Shown here: piece by piece, positions 12,605 to 24,981 of the stretch
Numbering within the stretch: the stretch's first letter is position 1
Layout of the letters: each line of letters begins with the position of its first letter
Assembly (NCBI RefSeq): GCF_001194135.2
Contig: NC_068981.1
Span: 94,812,637 to 94,866,176, forward strand
Source of the DNA: Octopus bimaculoides
Taxonomy: Eukaryota
Reading direction: 5' to 3'
Length of the DNA stretch: 53,540 nucleotides
The notes under the pieces: model-generated
Told to the model about the DNA's origin: nothing
The model's input: the letters and a program-made list of their open reading frames with translations, nothing else
Database searches by the model: none
Translations under genes and position numbers: made by a program

Positions 12605-12660
12605 GACACACACACATACATACATCAGCAGCAGCAGCAATATAACCATCATCATCATCA
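12503..12660. repeat. Compound (CT)n(CA)n(CAG)n(CAT)n microsatellite
   Basis: Direct inspection. Confidence 0.9.
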
Positions 12661-12860
12661 TTTATCGTTAAGCTCCACTGTCTACTTTGGAACAGTTTCT
12701 ACTGTTGGATACCCTTTCTAACACCAACCACTTTACGGAATGTACCGGATGTCTTTTACGTGGTACCAGCAGCAGGAAGGCTATCAAGTAACTTACAAAA
12801 CAATTCCCCTCAAGTGGAGTGTGAGTAGTATAGAGGAAGGTGGCTTTGAGCCAGGTGACA
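12648..12860 (-). mobile_element. Probable SINE remnant (family E)
   Basis: (CAT)n tail then ggataccctttctaacaccaaccactttac..tggtaccagca, a repeat I recognise from octopus DNA; single copy here. Confidence 0.45.
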
Positions 12861-13003
12861 AGAAGTTAGATTATGAATAGAAAGACAGAAATAGATGCCT
12901 TGCTGTACAGGAAATGCATGGCCGTCTCAGTTGGAAAGAGAATGGAGAGAAATAGAGTGGAGAGAGAGAGAGTGAGAGAGGAGAGGGAGAGGAGGAAAAG
13001 AGA

Positions 13004-13037
<34 letters not shown>

Positions 13038-13076
13038 TCTCACACATACACACACGACACACACATATGTATTATG

Positions 13077-13107
<31 letters not shown>

Positions 13108-13589
13108 ATCTATCTGCCCAATTCAGTATGATGTTTTAATCGATACGTAATTAGTTTACCATCTACAAGAAGTTGGAGAAAACACGATTAACAAATGATT
13201 TATAAATATCATTTCCCTTCACGAAATTTCATTTTGAGAAAAACAGATGACTCACATCTCACTTCAAAAGAATAAAACGTTGAATAACAGATATACAAAT
13301 GAGGTATTTATTAGTGAGGTATTTTAAAAAGATCTCTGAGTGGAAATTTCCGTTAACTAGACATTAATACTACGTTTTTCAGTTGACTGCTGAATCATGG
13401 AAGTGACGTCATGCTGTATCGAGCCAGTATTGACCGCTTAATTATAGTCGCTCACTATAGTGATGTTAAGAACGGTTGCTAACATCTATATATATTATGA
13501 TATTGTGTGTCATGTTCATTTGTTGTTTTCTGTTGGAATAGCTTGACTTTACAGAGTATTCCTTTTGAGTCACTGGTAGCTTTATTAGT

Positions 13590-13880
13590 GAAGGTGCCTG
13601 GCTTAGAGGTTAGGGGTATTCGGCTGACGATCGTAAGGCTGTGAGTTCGATACTCGGCAGCACGTTGTGTTCTTGAGCAAGACACTTTATTTTACGTTGC
13701 TCCAGTTCAATCAGTTTGCAAAATTGAGTTGCATATGTGTCACGCTAATCTCCATGAGAACTACGTTAAGGGCACGCGTGTCTGTGGAGTGCTCAGCCAC
13801 TTGCAAGTTAATTTCACGAGCAGGCTGTTCCGTTGATTGGATCAACTGGAACACTCGTCGTTGTAATCGAGTGCCAGTAG
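13590..13880 (+). mobile_element. tRNA-headed SINE, head H1 plus tail T2
   Basis: Head like 7060-7323; tail gtgtctgtggagtgctcagccacttgca..ggatcaactggaacactcg nearly identical to 39232-39380 (rc). Confidence 0.8.
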
Positions 13881-14030
13881 ACTTATTAATAATTTGAGGA
13901 TTTACTAAAAATTGCGCCCTGCAACAAAGCTCGATAATGAAAGGCTTTAACTCCTCCTTTAGATTTAGATTATATTGCAAGTTATATTGAAGAGCTATTC
14001 ATATTTAAATTATGTCGTAATTCTGTCTTC

Positions 14031-14248
14031 TTATTTCTACTGTGGGTACAAGGGCTCGAGATTTTGGCCGAGGGGGCTAATCGATTACATCAACCCCAGT
14101 GTCTAACCGGTACTTAGTTTATCGACCCCGAAAGGATGAAAAGCAAAGACCACCTTGGCAGCATTTGACCTCATAACGTAAGGAGCCGAAGGCACTTCCG
14201 CTAAGCATTTTGTCAGGTGCAGTAACGATTCTGCCAACTCACCACCTT
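14031..14248 (-). mobile_element. SINE family B
   Basis: atcgaccccgaaaggatgaaaagcaaag..gattctgccaactcacc; rc of the forward copies at 34755 and 42578. Confidence 0.85.
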
Positions 14249-14639
14249 AAAGTTGTAATCAAGCTGTAATAAAGATTGATGCATAATGGACTAATCAAGA
14301 TATTTTACGGCATCTAATTCAGTATTTCATTGTTCAAATTTTTAAGTCCATCGAGATCTTGCTTTTAGTAAATCAAACTAAATTATTCACTCGTCTATAA
14401 TTCGCCCATTGTTGCAACAGTTATAAGGACAGCAGAAAAACAATGAGTTAATGGCGAAAATAACAGCGTCGAAGAGGACGATTTAAGACATCAAAGTTTC
14501 CATACATTAGTAATTTGTGTTCAAGTTTCTCTACAGTTGACTTTCGTTCCACCAGAATCAATAAATAAACACCAACATTATGTATCAATCAAATCAGTGA
14601 ATGCTCTTTCACTGTTGGTTAAGTATTTTTCCCTTTGAC

Positions 14640-15030
14640 TTTAAGCGTCCGATCTGTAATTTTCGTCAAATTATCCAATTCTTTCTTCCATTATGTTTGT
14701 TGTTAGCCACCTCGGTCTCTCCATATCTCAGTTTTTTCTTCTATCTGTGGTCACTTGTCCTCTGGAGGTGTAAAGCTCAACTTTGCTTCAATGATTTTAT
14801 GAAACTGAAAATGTGATTTAATCAATTTATTTTATTTTTATCCATTTCATTGTTTTATACTTTATCGTCATTGTCTGTTATTCTAAGCATAAAGCGTTTG
14901 TGGGCATATTGAGATTTTCTTGATTTGCTTTGTTAGATATTTTGTCAGGTTCCATGTTTCTGCATCATGAAAAATACCTGGAATGATTCCAATATGCTGA
15001 AGCTAACTTACACCACTTGGTTTTGTGGTT
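14640..15030 (-). mobile_element. Highly decayed LINE post-RT fragment
   Basis: Minus strand FHDAETWNLTKYLTKQI resembles LLYGAETWTLTK; ERPRWL downstream. Confidence 0.4.
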
Positions 15031-15104
15031 AGATTACTCTCTGCATGTCTTGTGTATCACATGTGAGACACATATTTCCCTGGTATCCAGGCATCATATA
15101 TCAT

Positions 15105-15327
15105 ACATATTGGTTTCAAATTTTGGTACAGGGCCAGGAATTTTTAGGGGAATGGTAAGTCGTTTACATCGACTCCAGTATTCAACTGGTACTTATTTTT
15201 GTCGAACCCGAATGGATGAAAAGCAAAGTCAACCACGGTGGAATTTGAACTCAGAACGTGAAGACGGGCGAAATGCTGCTAAGCATTTTACCCAGCGTGC
15301 TAACGATTCTTCCAACTCGTTGCCTTA
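15105..15327 (-). mobile_element. SINE family B
   Basis: Full-length match to other B copies. Confidence 0.85.
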
Positions 15328-16059
15328 TATATGATACATATTACCAATTTTTTTCAACCACTAGAGTAACTTGCGACTAGTGAAAAGGAAAGCTTTATAT
15401 TACTCAAAACTAAAAATTTTAAAACAAGCATGGACGTTAAGGACAAACTTATGAAAGTGATATAATTTAGATAGGGAAAGGGTTAGAGGAATGAGTCACA
15501 TTATTTACTTATTTTGTTCCTCGATTCTTTTATTAGTGTTAGCTATAAAGTCCTGGCATTTCCAATTCATAGATTTTACTCTTTGTCCTTAAATCTATCA
15601 AAACTTACTCTTTGGAAATTTCAAACAAAATCTAGTTTTTTCAGAGGTTCAAGGCTTCACATTTTAAAGAATGTGATTGTGTGACATTTTTAGTTTCCTT
15701 AGAAAATTCTTGCATAAAAAATTTTGTCTCTATAACGAGGAATAAATTGTTTAATAGGAAGTTCATATCTTAACTGATATTTAGATGTTTAAAAATATAG
15801 TTTACTAGTATTTCTTTTTGCTTTGGTATTAGCGTTGCTAATCGATCAGATATATCAGATTAAATCTTAAATATATTTATGCGTGCATGTGTGTGTGTGT
15901 GTGGTGGGGGGCTGTGTGTGTGCGAGCAGGCGCGCCTGCTCACTTGCGTATAGGTTACAAAAATAAATAGCCGATAAAAATTAGTCAAAAAGGTATATAA
16001 AGCGAATACCAGTGTATTTTTCTAAAGAACGTTTAAAGCGAGTCAAAAACAATTGTAGT

Positions 16060-16880
16060 ATTACCACAGATAATCGTGAGCCTGAAACGTTGCAACAGCT
16101 AAGTTCGTTCCCTTACTTTGGTAAGACAAGTTGGCAGCGATGATAACTTTGCAGTCAGCGGCCCTCCTTCCCCCTGAACATCTCCAATGCCAGTGGTTGA
16201 ACAATGTGATTCACCAGCAAATTACGATATTTCAGGACTTTATTCTTTTTGCGTTGGGAGTAATGGTGCTACCTCGCCTTCACTATTTAGCCCAAGTGTT
16301 CTCAACTATTTGTTATCAATGGACACTTTTTGATTATTATTTTATTCCCATAGTCATTCGATGTTTAAAAACTAGTTTTACAGAAACTTCTTTCAAAATT
16401 CCATATCTTGTTTTTCACACATTAATTTGTGTAGGTTGAACTATATGCGAAAAATGCAAGAGATACATACATCTAAAGCAAAATTTTTTCAGATGCCCTT
16501 AAAATACTATTGTAGACCCAATTTACTATTTAGTTGGGGTGGACCTCCAAAAATCTTATACGGACCATCAGGGACCATATGGACCTTGGTTGAGAACTAC
16601 TGATTTAGCCCGTGTGATAGTGCGAAAGAATCACTAACAGTGTTGTCTGAAGCATCTAGCTCTAGCGCAACGGGATAGAGCAGGCTGATCGGAACGCTTC
16701 CCATCATCTCAAAATATTCCCACTGGTTTCATTAATGAGGTCATATCTACTCTGGTTAGTTACGCTTGTTTTATAGTTAGGATTTATCTCAGTGTGCCAA
16801 GCGAAGCGATACGCATTCAGCCAATATTACAATCCATGAAGAACCCTGGAAACGAGGGGAATATCACTTCAACGTCCTAT
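16060..16880 (-). mobile_element. CRE-like non-LTR RLE endonuclease remnant, interrupted by a MITE
   Basis: Minus strand KPVGIF*DDGKRSD..DNTVSDSFALSH, then across the MITE RKKNKVLKYRNL..PLALEMF..RLSVVI; resembles the EPxGLxRxDGKRPDG..WDxTVxD..KxxKY pattern. Confidence 0.55.
16293..16602. mobile_element. hAT-type MITE (310 bp)
   Basis: Perfect 8-bp TSD atttagcc at 16285-16292 and 16603-16610; TIRs caagtgttctcaac versus rc cagtagttctcaac. Confidence 0.88.
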
Positions 16881-17097
16881 ATTACCCCCCACACACATTT
16901 CAATCAACTTTGACTCTATGGTTGCTAGAGATGCGAAACACACCATACTTAAGTAAGCTGCCAATGTTCGTAAAAACTCAAGCATCAACCCAGACCTCTG
17001 TAAATTTAACATTTGTATTCACAGAATTTAATTTGATCCACATTCGATCGCTGCAAAATGTTTTGTACGCTTGTATATATTTACGGTTTAATCTGAG

Positions 17098-17460
17098 TAT
17101 GCCTTTTATACATACATACATGTATCCATGCATGCATACATACATACATACATACATACATACATAATACATACATACATTCATACGTACATGCATGCAT
17201 GTACACACATATATGCAGACATGAATATAAATGCGTACATACATGCATACACATTCATACATACGTGGAAACATACAAACATACATGCATACAGGCATAC
17301 ATACATACATGTATGCCTGCATGCATACACACATATATACGTACATAAATATATATGCATACATGCATACATACATACACACACACACGCATAGATGCAT
17401 ACATAATGCATACATACATGCATACATACGTACATACATGCATGCATACATTCATACATC
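17098..17460. repeat. (TACA)n/(TGCA)n compound microsatellite
   Basis: Direct inspection. Confidence 0.9.
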
Positions 17461-17983
17461 TTTACTAACATACAGTAAAAATTCTAATTCGATGAATAGC
17501 AGCAGTAATAACATCAGCCGTAATAGAAGCAATAACAAACACGACGGTCGCAGCATATGCAGCATTAACAACGGCAGCAGCATAACGGAATATTGATTAA
17601 ACGAGACTACTTGGAAAATGGGTTTCTTCCTTACTTAAACTATTGTCTGAATAAGCTTGTAAAATCATATTTCCGTTGTTGAACACTGGTTTTGTTTCTT
17701 ATCCCTTCAAGCAAATCAATTAAGAGCTTTTGGTTAGGAATTTGTTATCAGAAGCTTACTTTACTTTAAAATAGAGCATTTAAGTCCAGTACATGGGCAC
17801 ACAACGCAATTCACGCACAAGCACACTGTCACAGACATACATACATACACACATATATACCCGTGCGCGTGCAACACGCTTGCGCACATCCTCAGCGAAA
17901 GCAGTTTTGTCAAATTTATTTCTCTTCTGTAATTTAAGTTTTATTGTTCCTTCTTTCTTAGTCTTCGAGTAACGAGTCTGACA

Positions 17984-17984
<1 letters not shown>

Positions 17985-18026
<42 letters not shown>

Positions 18027-18280
18027 CGTGTGTGTGTGAGTGCGCGCGCGCGTGCGTGCATGCGTGTGTGTGTGTGTGTGTGCGCGTGCATGCGTACCTA
18101 CGTGCGTGTGTGTGTGTGTGTGTATATATGCGTGTGCCTCTGCTCGGGTGTGTGTGTGTGCGCGTGCATGCGTGTGTGCATGCGTGTGTATGTGTGTCTG
18201 TCTGTGTGTGTGCGTGCGTGCGTGCGAGTGTATGTGCATGAGTGTGTGTATGCGTGCATGCGTGCGCACGCCTGTGTCTC
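17985..18280. repeat. (GT)n/(GC)n compound microsatellite
   Basis: Direct inspection. Confidence 0.9.
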
Positions 18281-18534
18281 TGTATATTACCAAAATATTA
18301 CAGTCTACTCTGAGATTCGGCCAAGAGGAGAATCCAATGAATGGAGACGTTTATTACTCAGAGTTGACTCAGTATTTTGATATAATTATATCCATCCATT
18401 CTTGTCCAACGGTTTTAGTTCTGTATCAGTTAACGTTGGCCATTTTAAAAAATATAGATTGGTATACACTTTACAACACTTTTATAACTATATATGTCTG
18501 TATGCTTGTATATGTGTGTGTGTGAGTGTATCTT

Positions 18535-18621
18535 TTATCTTTTACTTGCTTCAGTCCTCGGACTGTGGCCATACTGGGGCACCACCTTAAAAGGTTTAGT
18601 TGGTCATATTGACCCCAGAAC

Positions 18622-18668
<47 letters not shown>

Positions 18669-18937
18669 TTAAGTCTGGTACTTGTTGTAGCTGTCTCTTT
18701 TGCCGAACTGGTGAGTTACGAGTACGTAAATAAACCCACATCGGTTGTGAAGTGTTGGTAGGAGTCATGCACAAACACACACGCACACACGCACACACCC
18801 ACACAAACAAACAAACAAACAAACAAACAAGCAAGCAAACAAACAAATAGCAGTTCTTTCAGTTTCCGTCTACCAAATCCACTCACAAGGCTTTGGCCGA
18901 CCCCGGGCTATAGCTGAAGACACTTGATCAAAGTGTC
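18535..18937 (-). mobile_element. SINE family A with internal (TTA)n expansion; head runs into a gap
   Basis: Tail, (CA)n/(CAAA)n and core tccgtctaccaaatccactcacaaggctttggccgacc in order. Confidence 0.85.
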
Positions 18938-19193
18938 NNNNNNNNNNNNNNNNNNNNNNNNNNNNNNNNNNNNNNNNNNNNNNNNNNNNNNNNNNNNNNN
19001 NNNNNNNNNNNNNNNNNNNNNNNNNNNNNNNNNNNNNNNNNNNNNNNNNNNNNNNNNNNNNNNNNNNNNNNNNNNNNNNNNNNNNNNNNNNNNNNNNNNN
19101 NNNNNNNNNNNNNNNNNNNNNNNNNNNNNNNNNNNNNNNNNNNNNNNNNNNNNNNNNNNNNNNNNNNNNNNNNNNNNNNNNNNNNNNNNNNNN

Positions 19194-19833
19194 TTTCCTT
19201 CCTAAAAGGAAAAAAGGAAAAGATTGCTTCTGAGAAAGTTGAACTCAGAGCGTAAAAGCCCAAAAACTAAATACTGCATACATCTCCACACACAACCCCC
19301 TTAACAATGAAACCTTCGACACTATCCTCCGGAAAAAAAACAGATCACAGAATGAATTTAATCCTCCAAACGCACACCATCACAAAGAGCACAAGACAAC
19401 TAAAATCTATGAAAAGTCTCCTAACATAAGTCCAAGTACACTCGACAACAACACTGAAGCCGTCAGTAAAAAAATGGGGAAGACCTAACTGTGGATCGGA
19501 GTTCTTTTTCAAACAGGGTCAACGTTTTACAGTGAAAAACAACTTCACATATGCTTCGGAGAACCTATTATGTGTATCAGCTTGCTCTGGGTGTCAAAAG
19601 CAATACATAGGCCAAACCAAAACACTCTATGTCAAAGAATGGCTTTACATAGAACCCAAATCAACATTCGGGAATACAGAAAAATAACATTCAGCGAACA
19701 CATCGGCATTTGCGCCACTAACAAACAACCCAGCTTCAGAATTTTTCCCCTCCATAAATTCAGGGATGATGCAACCTGTAGTCAGCGCATTAGCAAAGAC
19801 ACATATTTTATCACAAAATATAAACCCTTTTGA
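19194..19833 (+). mobile_element. Penelope-like element 3' fragment encoding a GIY-YIG endonuclease
   Basis: YISTHNP..RQ..SLL..C-rich linker, then NLLCVSACSGCQKQYIGQT..QRMALHRTQI..FSEHIGIC..YFITKYKP. Confidence 0.85.
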
Positions 19834-20044
19834 ATGCGTTCACCACAAATGACACTATTACAAGGGCCTTGGAATAATACCCGAGCAAATATTAAAATCG
19901 ATATATTCAGAGCAGTCACTACCCATGAATTTATTCAGAACAATGCCAATCACTACTATTACAACTACAACAGGTCACTTTTAGATCACTTGACCATTTA
20001 AGAGGATTCCACCAACATCCTACTACTGTCATACCACTCCCGTA

Positions 20045-20155
20045 TTCTTCTTCTTCTTCTTCTTCTTCTTCTTCTTCTTCTTCTTCTTCTTCTTCTTCTT
20101 CTTCTTCTTCTTCTTCTTCTTCTTCTTCTTCTTCTTCTTCTTCTTCTTCTTCTTC
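20045..20155. repeat. Pure (TTC)n microsatellite, about 37 units
   Basis: Direct inspection. Confidence 0.97.
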
Positions 20156-21022
20156 GCCCCCTTCCTCGGCTATAATGCTGCTTAAACAATCAAAACCAAG
20201 AACTTATATAAAATATTCTAATGTCCCTTGCATTTGAAAATCCAATGTTAAGAACTGGTTATCATTTTAGACTGTATGGGGCAGAATCTCTTCAATGTTT
20301 TTTTGTAATTATAAAACGGTTACATATTTCTTGAAGGCGTTCAAATCAGAAACTAAGGAAGTTTAAAAGGTTATATTTTGTATATTGTATGTGTATGTGT
20401 ATTTTGTATATTGTATTTTGTATATTGTGTATGTGTGTGTGTGTGTGTGTGTGTATGTGTGTGTATGCAAAGGTTATAATTCAAGTAAGTAAAAAAATAA
20501 GGATTCAATAAAAATAAATTTTAAAATTTATAAATAATAAAAATAATGATATAGTTGTAAGGGAAAATAATTGTGCAATAAAAATTTTAATAATTTTTTA
20601 AAAATAGATACAAAATAAAGAAGAATAAATAAATAGTTGTAACTGTATAATTTCTATTGGTTTACTAATAGATACAAGGAAATATCCATGTATTCGTGGT
20701 CATCGAACATATCAAATCAAAATTTAATCGTTTATATATGTGTTAGTATAGACTCAAGTTTGAATTATGTAGCCGTCAAGAGATGTGTCTATTAAGTTGA
20801 TATATATACACATAGACCTTTATACAATTAGCGTATATATTTCCCTATATATATATACATATATATATACAAGAGAGTTAGGAGTTGAGGATTCAACCCA
20901 CTAAGGGATAGTATCTATCCAATATACTGCTGGGAGGGTACCCAATTATTGTTACACTAATGTTATACCAAGTGTAATAAGTGGGTGCGGGTAAAAGGGG
21001 GTTATTTTACCCTAAATTTATA

Positions 21023-21401
21023 TAGCAATAAGAAAATGGAGGAGAATATGCGGTATCCATCGACTTGCAGACAGTGTATTCCATTGAATTAATTTGTTTA
21101 TTTTGTAACTCCCCATTACATCATTTTCATCTGCTAATTATTTCGGCACACAGGAGCTATAGAGATAGAATGGGGCATGCCAACGCTAGGCCGAAACAGC
21201 TGTAAGTTTCTGTATATTCACCAATTGCTAAATGTACTTTATATTTGTAACTTTAATTGTTAATATGGCATGGTATGTCATAAGCATCTGTATATTGTGG
21301 TTTTTATCATTTTAGTTACAAAATAAACAAATTAATTCAATGGAATACACTGTCTGCAAGTCGATGGAAACCGCATATTCTCCTCCATTTTCTTATTGCT
21401 A
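21023..21401. repeat. 88-bp inverted repeat (1 mismatch) with 203-bp spacer; right arm ends at a gap
   Basis: 21023-21110 is the rc of 21314-21401 except ggatac/ggaaac. Confidence 0.92.
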
Positions 21402-21954
21402 NNNNNNNNNNNNNNNNNNNNNNNNNNNNNNNNNNNNNNNNNNNNNNNNNNNNNNNNNNNNNNNNNNNNNNNNNNNNNNNNNNNNNNNNNNNNNNNNNNN
21501 NNNNNNNNNNNNNNNNNNNNNNNNNNNNNNNNNNNNNNNNNNNNNNNNNNNNNNNNNNNNNNNNNNNNNNNNNNNNNNNNNNNNNNNNNNNNNNNNNNNN
21601 NNNNNNNNNNNNNNNNNNNNNNNNNNNNNNNNNNNNNNNNNNNNNNNNNNNNNNNNNNNNNNNNNNNNNNNNNNNNNNNNNNNNNNNNNNNNNNNNNNNN
21701 NNNNNNNNNNNNNNNNNNNNNNNNNNNNNNNNNNNNNNNNNNNNNNNNNNNNNNNNNNNNNNNNNNNNNNNNNNNNNNNNNNNNNNNNNNNNNNNNNNNN
21801 NNNNNNNNNNNNNNNNNNNNNNNNNNNNNNNNNNNNNNNNNNNNNNNNNNNNNNNNNNNNNNNNNNNNNNNNNNNNNNNNNNNNNNNNNNNNNNNNNNNN
21901 NNNNNNNNNNNNNNNNNNNNNNNNNNNNNNNNNNNNNNNNNNNNNNNNNNNNNN

Positions 21955-21987
<33 letters not shown>

Positions 21988-22101
21988 GTGTGTGTATCTA
22001 GAAACGATCATTTAGTATAGATATAGGTATTTATATGTATATATTTCTAAAAATTAAATACATTACATCGTATTATCTATAATACAGTAATGTATTTACC
22101 T

Positions 22102-22330
22102 AATCAGATATTTACCAATATGTCTAATTTTCTAATTAATAATAATATTAAAGAAATATTTAATGATTTTTAGAGAACATATCTAAATCAGATATTTACC
22201 AATATATCTAGTCTTTTATTTAATAATAATATTTACGAAATATTTAATGATTCTTAGAGAACATATCTAATCTACTCTTTAATAATAATAATTAAGGAAT
22301 CTTTAATGATATTTGGAAAACAGATATTTA
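22102..22330. repeat. About 84-bp minisatellite (2.7 copies) overlapping the Penelope ORF stop
   Basis: Repeated aatcagatatttaccaatat..aataataatatt..aaatatttaatgat..tagagaacatatcta. Confidence 0.75.
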
Positions 22331-24311
22331 AGTGCATGTAAACAAGCCGAAACTTTTTTCAATCCTCTCATTCAATAATTGGTGTTTAGAAAATAGAATA
22401 TTGTAGCATTCATTTGCACAAAGGGAACAAAATTCTATCTGGCGGCCGATAAGATTTTGAAAAACTTAAAATTTTCCATCTAATCTTAGAACTAATATTG
22501 CTATCCTTTAATCTCCAAATGAAGTAGTTAAGGCTTGTGCTATTTAGTTTGAGGCGATTTCTAAAAGAACTCTCATGATTAGCAATTCTAGTTTTCACAA
22601 AACATTCTGTTGATCCAATATAGAAGTGATTTATCCCTTCTGCTTCCACAATAGCTTTGTATACCAGATTCTTAGGTTTGCAATAATTATTAAATTTACA
22701 ATCGCAGAATTTATTCAGATTATCTTTGGAATTAATTAAAAGATCTGGTTTATTTACTGACGGTTATTTCCCCTCGACAGTTTAAACTATAATTTTCACA
22801 CTTGCTCCTGCTGGATATATTATTATTTATGCTGTTTTTGGAGAAATATTTATTTTACGATTCTCGAAAAAATAATCTAATTTTGCATTATTATTCGAAG
22901 ATATATATCTAAATAAATTCTTAGCTACTGAAAATCTAAATCTTATAAATGTATTTATTAGAAGTGGAGTGTTTGTTTATTAGTCTACGCATAACTTTTA
23001 TTAAATTTGTTTTTATTTGTTTAGCAAAAGGCAAGATTAGCTAAATAATATTATCATTTACTTTATTATTAGTATAGTAATTCCCTGTGTTTATTTTGGT
23101 GGATTTTATACAAGGTACATTTTCTTATTCGTTTTTGTATTGTAATTACCATTTTTATTCTTCTTGTTTGTGTTTCTTTTATTAGGTTTAATTTGTAGTA
23201 CATCTAGGTTTACATCTTTATTATAATTATTTGGATATACATTAGTATTTTGGTCTGTTTTATCTATGTTTACTACTCTGTTTTGATTTAGGTTATTTCT
23301 ACAATCTGTTTCTTCTTTATTTATGTTATTTTAATCCTAACCGTTATCCTAGGTTTTTTCATATTATTATTATGTGTTTCTACCTCTTGATCTATACTCA
23401 TTAATCATATGTTTATTATATTTAATTTTCTGTTTATATCCTGCTTTTTCCAATGCAATGTTGTATAAGTTCTTATTTTCTTCAAAAATCTCATTATATG
23501 AGAGGTAATTAATTCTTTTTTCTATATTTTTAACCAAACAATTAGTAATTGACTTTAGATGATTACTTTTAATATCAATATAAGTTATTTTAGAATTCGG
23601 TTTACGGTAAAATGCATATTTTTTTTGTTTTTAGGTTAAAATTCACATCTAAAAAGTTAACAGAATTATGCTCTTTTTCTATTGAAATATATAGTCCAAA
23701 CTATTGAAGAACTGATGCAATGTTTTCTTATATAACTCAAGTTTTCTGTTAGAAGGATTTTTTTATGATAAACAGTATATCATCCCCATATAAACCCTAT
23801 TTCTGGACCTTCACTATTAAACTTATGTAAAATGTATATTCCAACAAGATCAGTCACCTGAGCGGAATCTGTGGAACCCATAACGATATCGAAACAGTCA
23901 AGTGTGTCTTTTGTAGCTCATAATTTACTAAAACACTAATTTACTAAAACACTTCCTTTCGATTTTAAATCTGAGATTTTAGACCTTAATTTCCTCAAAT
24001 GTTCATTCCTAAGTGGGTACTTGACAAATTTAATGTTCCTTACTATATCCCAAATATCATCTTCAAAAGTATCCAAATGTCTGTTAGGTTGTGGGTATCT
24101 TCTTGTTTTAAAATTATTTTTTATTAATTCTGTTTCCATGTTTCTATATTAATTTTTTTCCATTATTTTCTTCTAATCTTTTGTCGAAATGGTATACCTT
24201 CCATCTTATTCTTTTTATAAATTCTTTAATTTTATTTATCACTTCCTTCAGGTATTCCTTGGTTGGTGTGGGAATGTCTTTTAAAGATACATCCAATTTC
24301 ATTCTCTCCAT
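22303..24311 (-). pseudogene. Penelope-like retroelement ORF (RT plus GIY-YIG), decayed and internally deleted; motif set as I recall for the Naiad-like invertebrate group
   Basis: N-terminus SLKDIPTP..EFIKRIRWKVYHF; RT MGSTDSAQVTDLVGIYIL and frameshifted GLYGDDIL (about 23775-23795); FYRKPN; NII*LILPF (compare IIWFNPP); EN CDC..NLVYKAIV..YIGSTE..RIANHESSF..IWRLK..CSLC..LLNER..ACLH. Confidence 0.88.
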
Positions 24312-24500
24312 TTTTCCAGTGGAATCTTCCAGTTAGTTTTTCATATAAGTTAATATAATAAAATTAACATAAATATATCTATCTAGGGCGAGTAAAATTC
24401 CCGAGATCCATGGACGAGTTCTCTCCAGCAGTCCTTGTCCCACATCTTCGCTATACATGTGTGTGTGCGTGCGTATGTGTGTGTGCGTGTGTGTGCGTGT

Positions 24501-24543
<43 letters not shown>

Positions 24544-24568
24544 AGTGTGTGTGTGTTATTAATATTCA

Positions 24569-24884
24569 GTTATTTCAAGAATGTCATGTCCTCATTAAGG
24601 ATGAATAGATTTAAAATTTCACTGGTTTAATCTCCATCATATTAGGAGAAAATCTCCACGATATGTTTGGGATTATTATACTAAGTATTATTAATAAGGT
24701 AAGAAAACTGAGAGTTGAGGATGTATTGTTAATTTATTTGTATCATAGTTTGAAGTTAAAATTTGAATACAAATAAATTTTTAAAAAGTACAAAAGGGAA
24801 ATTTGGAATTTAATAATCCCTAATGGATTAGTCCCTCTTGGATTTATAAATCCTTTATGTGGACATGACATCCTTGAAATGACT
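24569..24884. repeat. 33-bp imperfect inverted repeat (about 250-bp spacer) upstream of the Penelope ORF
   Basis: agttatttcaagaatgtcatgtcctcattaagg versus rc agtcatttcaaggatgtcatgtccacataaagg. Confidence 0.7.
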
Positions 24885-24981
24885 ATATATATAACAATTG
24901 ATAGAGACGGAAAATTGAATATACTAGAAACAACGATCGTCTCAATGCATCCTGCATCGATCTCTCGTGCGTGGAATACTG

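Noticed and set aside
16978-18525. ORFs rich in VC/HT/YI/MYV repeats
   Set aside because: Translations of dinucleotide and tetranucleotide microsatellites.
19998-20189. Poly-arginine ORF
   Set aside because: Minus-strand reading of the (TTC)n tract.
22600-22720. In-frame UGA/selenocysteine in the Penelope Cys-rich EN linker
   Set aside because: The linker reads FCDCKFNNYCK with no UGA at a Cys position, and I could not identify a SECIS; the stops elsewhere look like decay.
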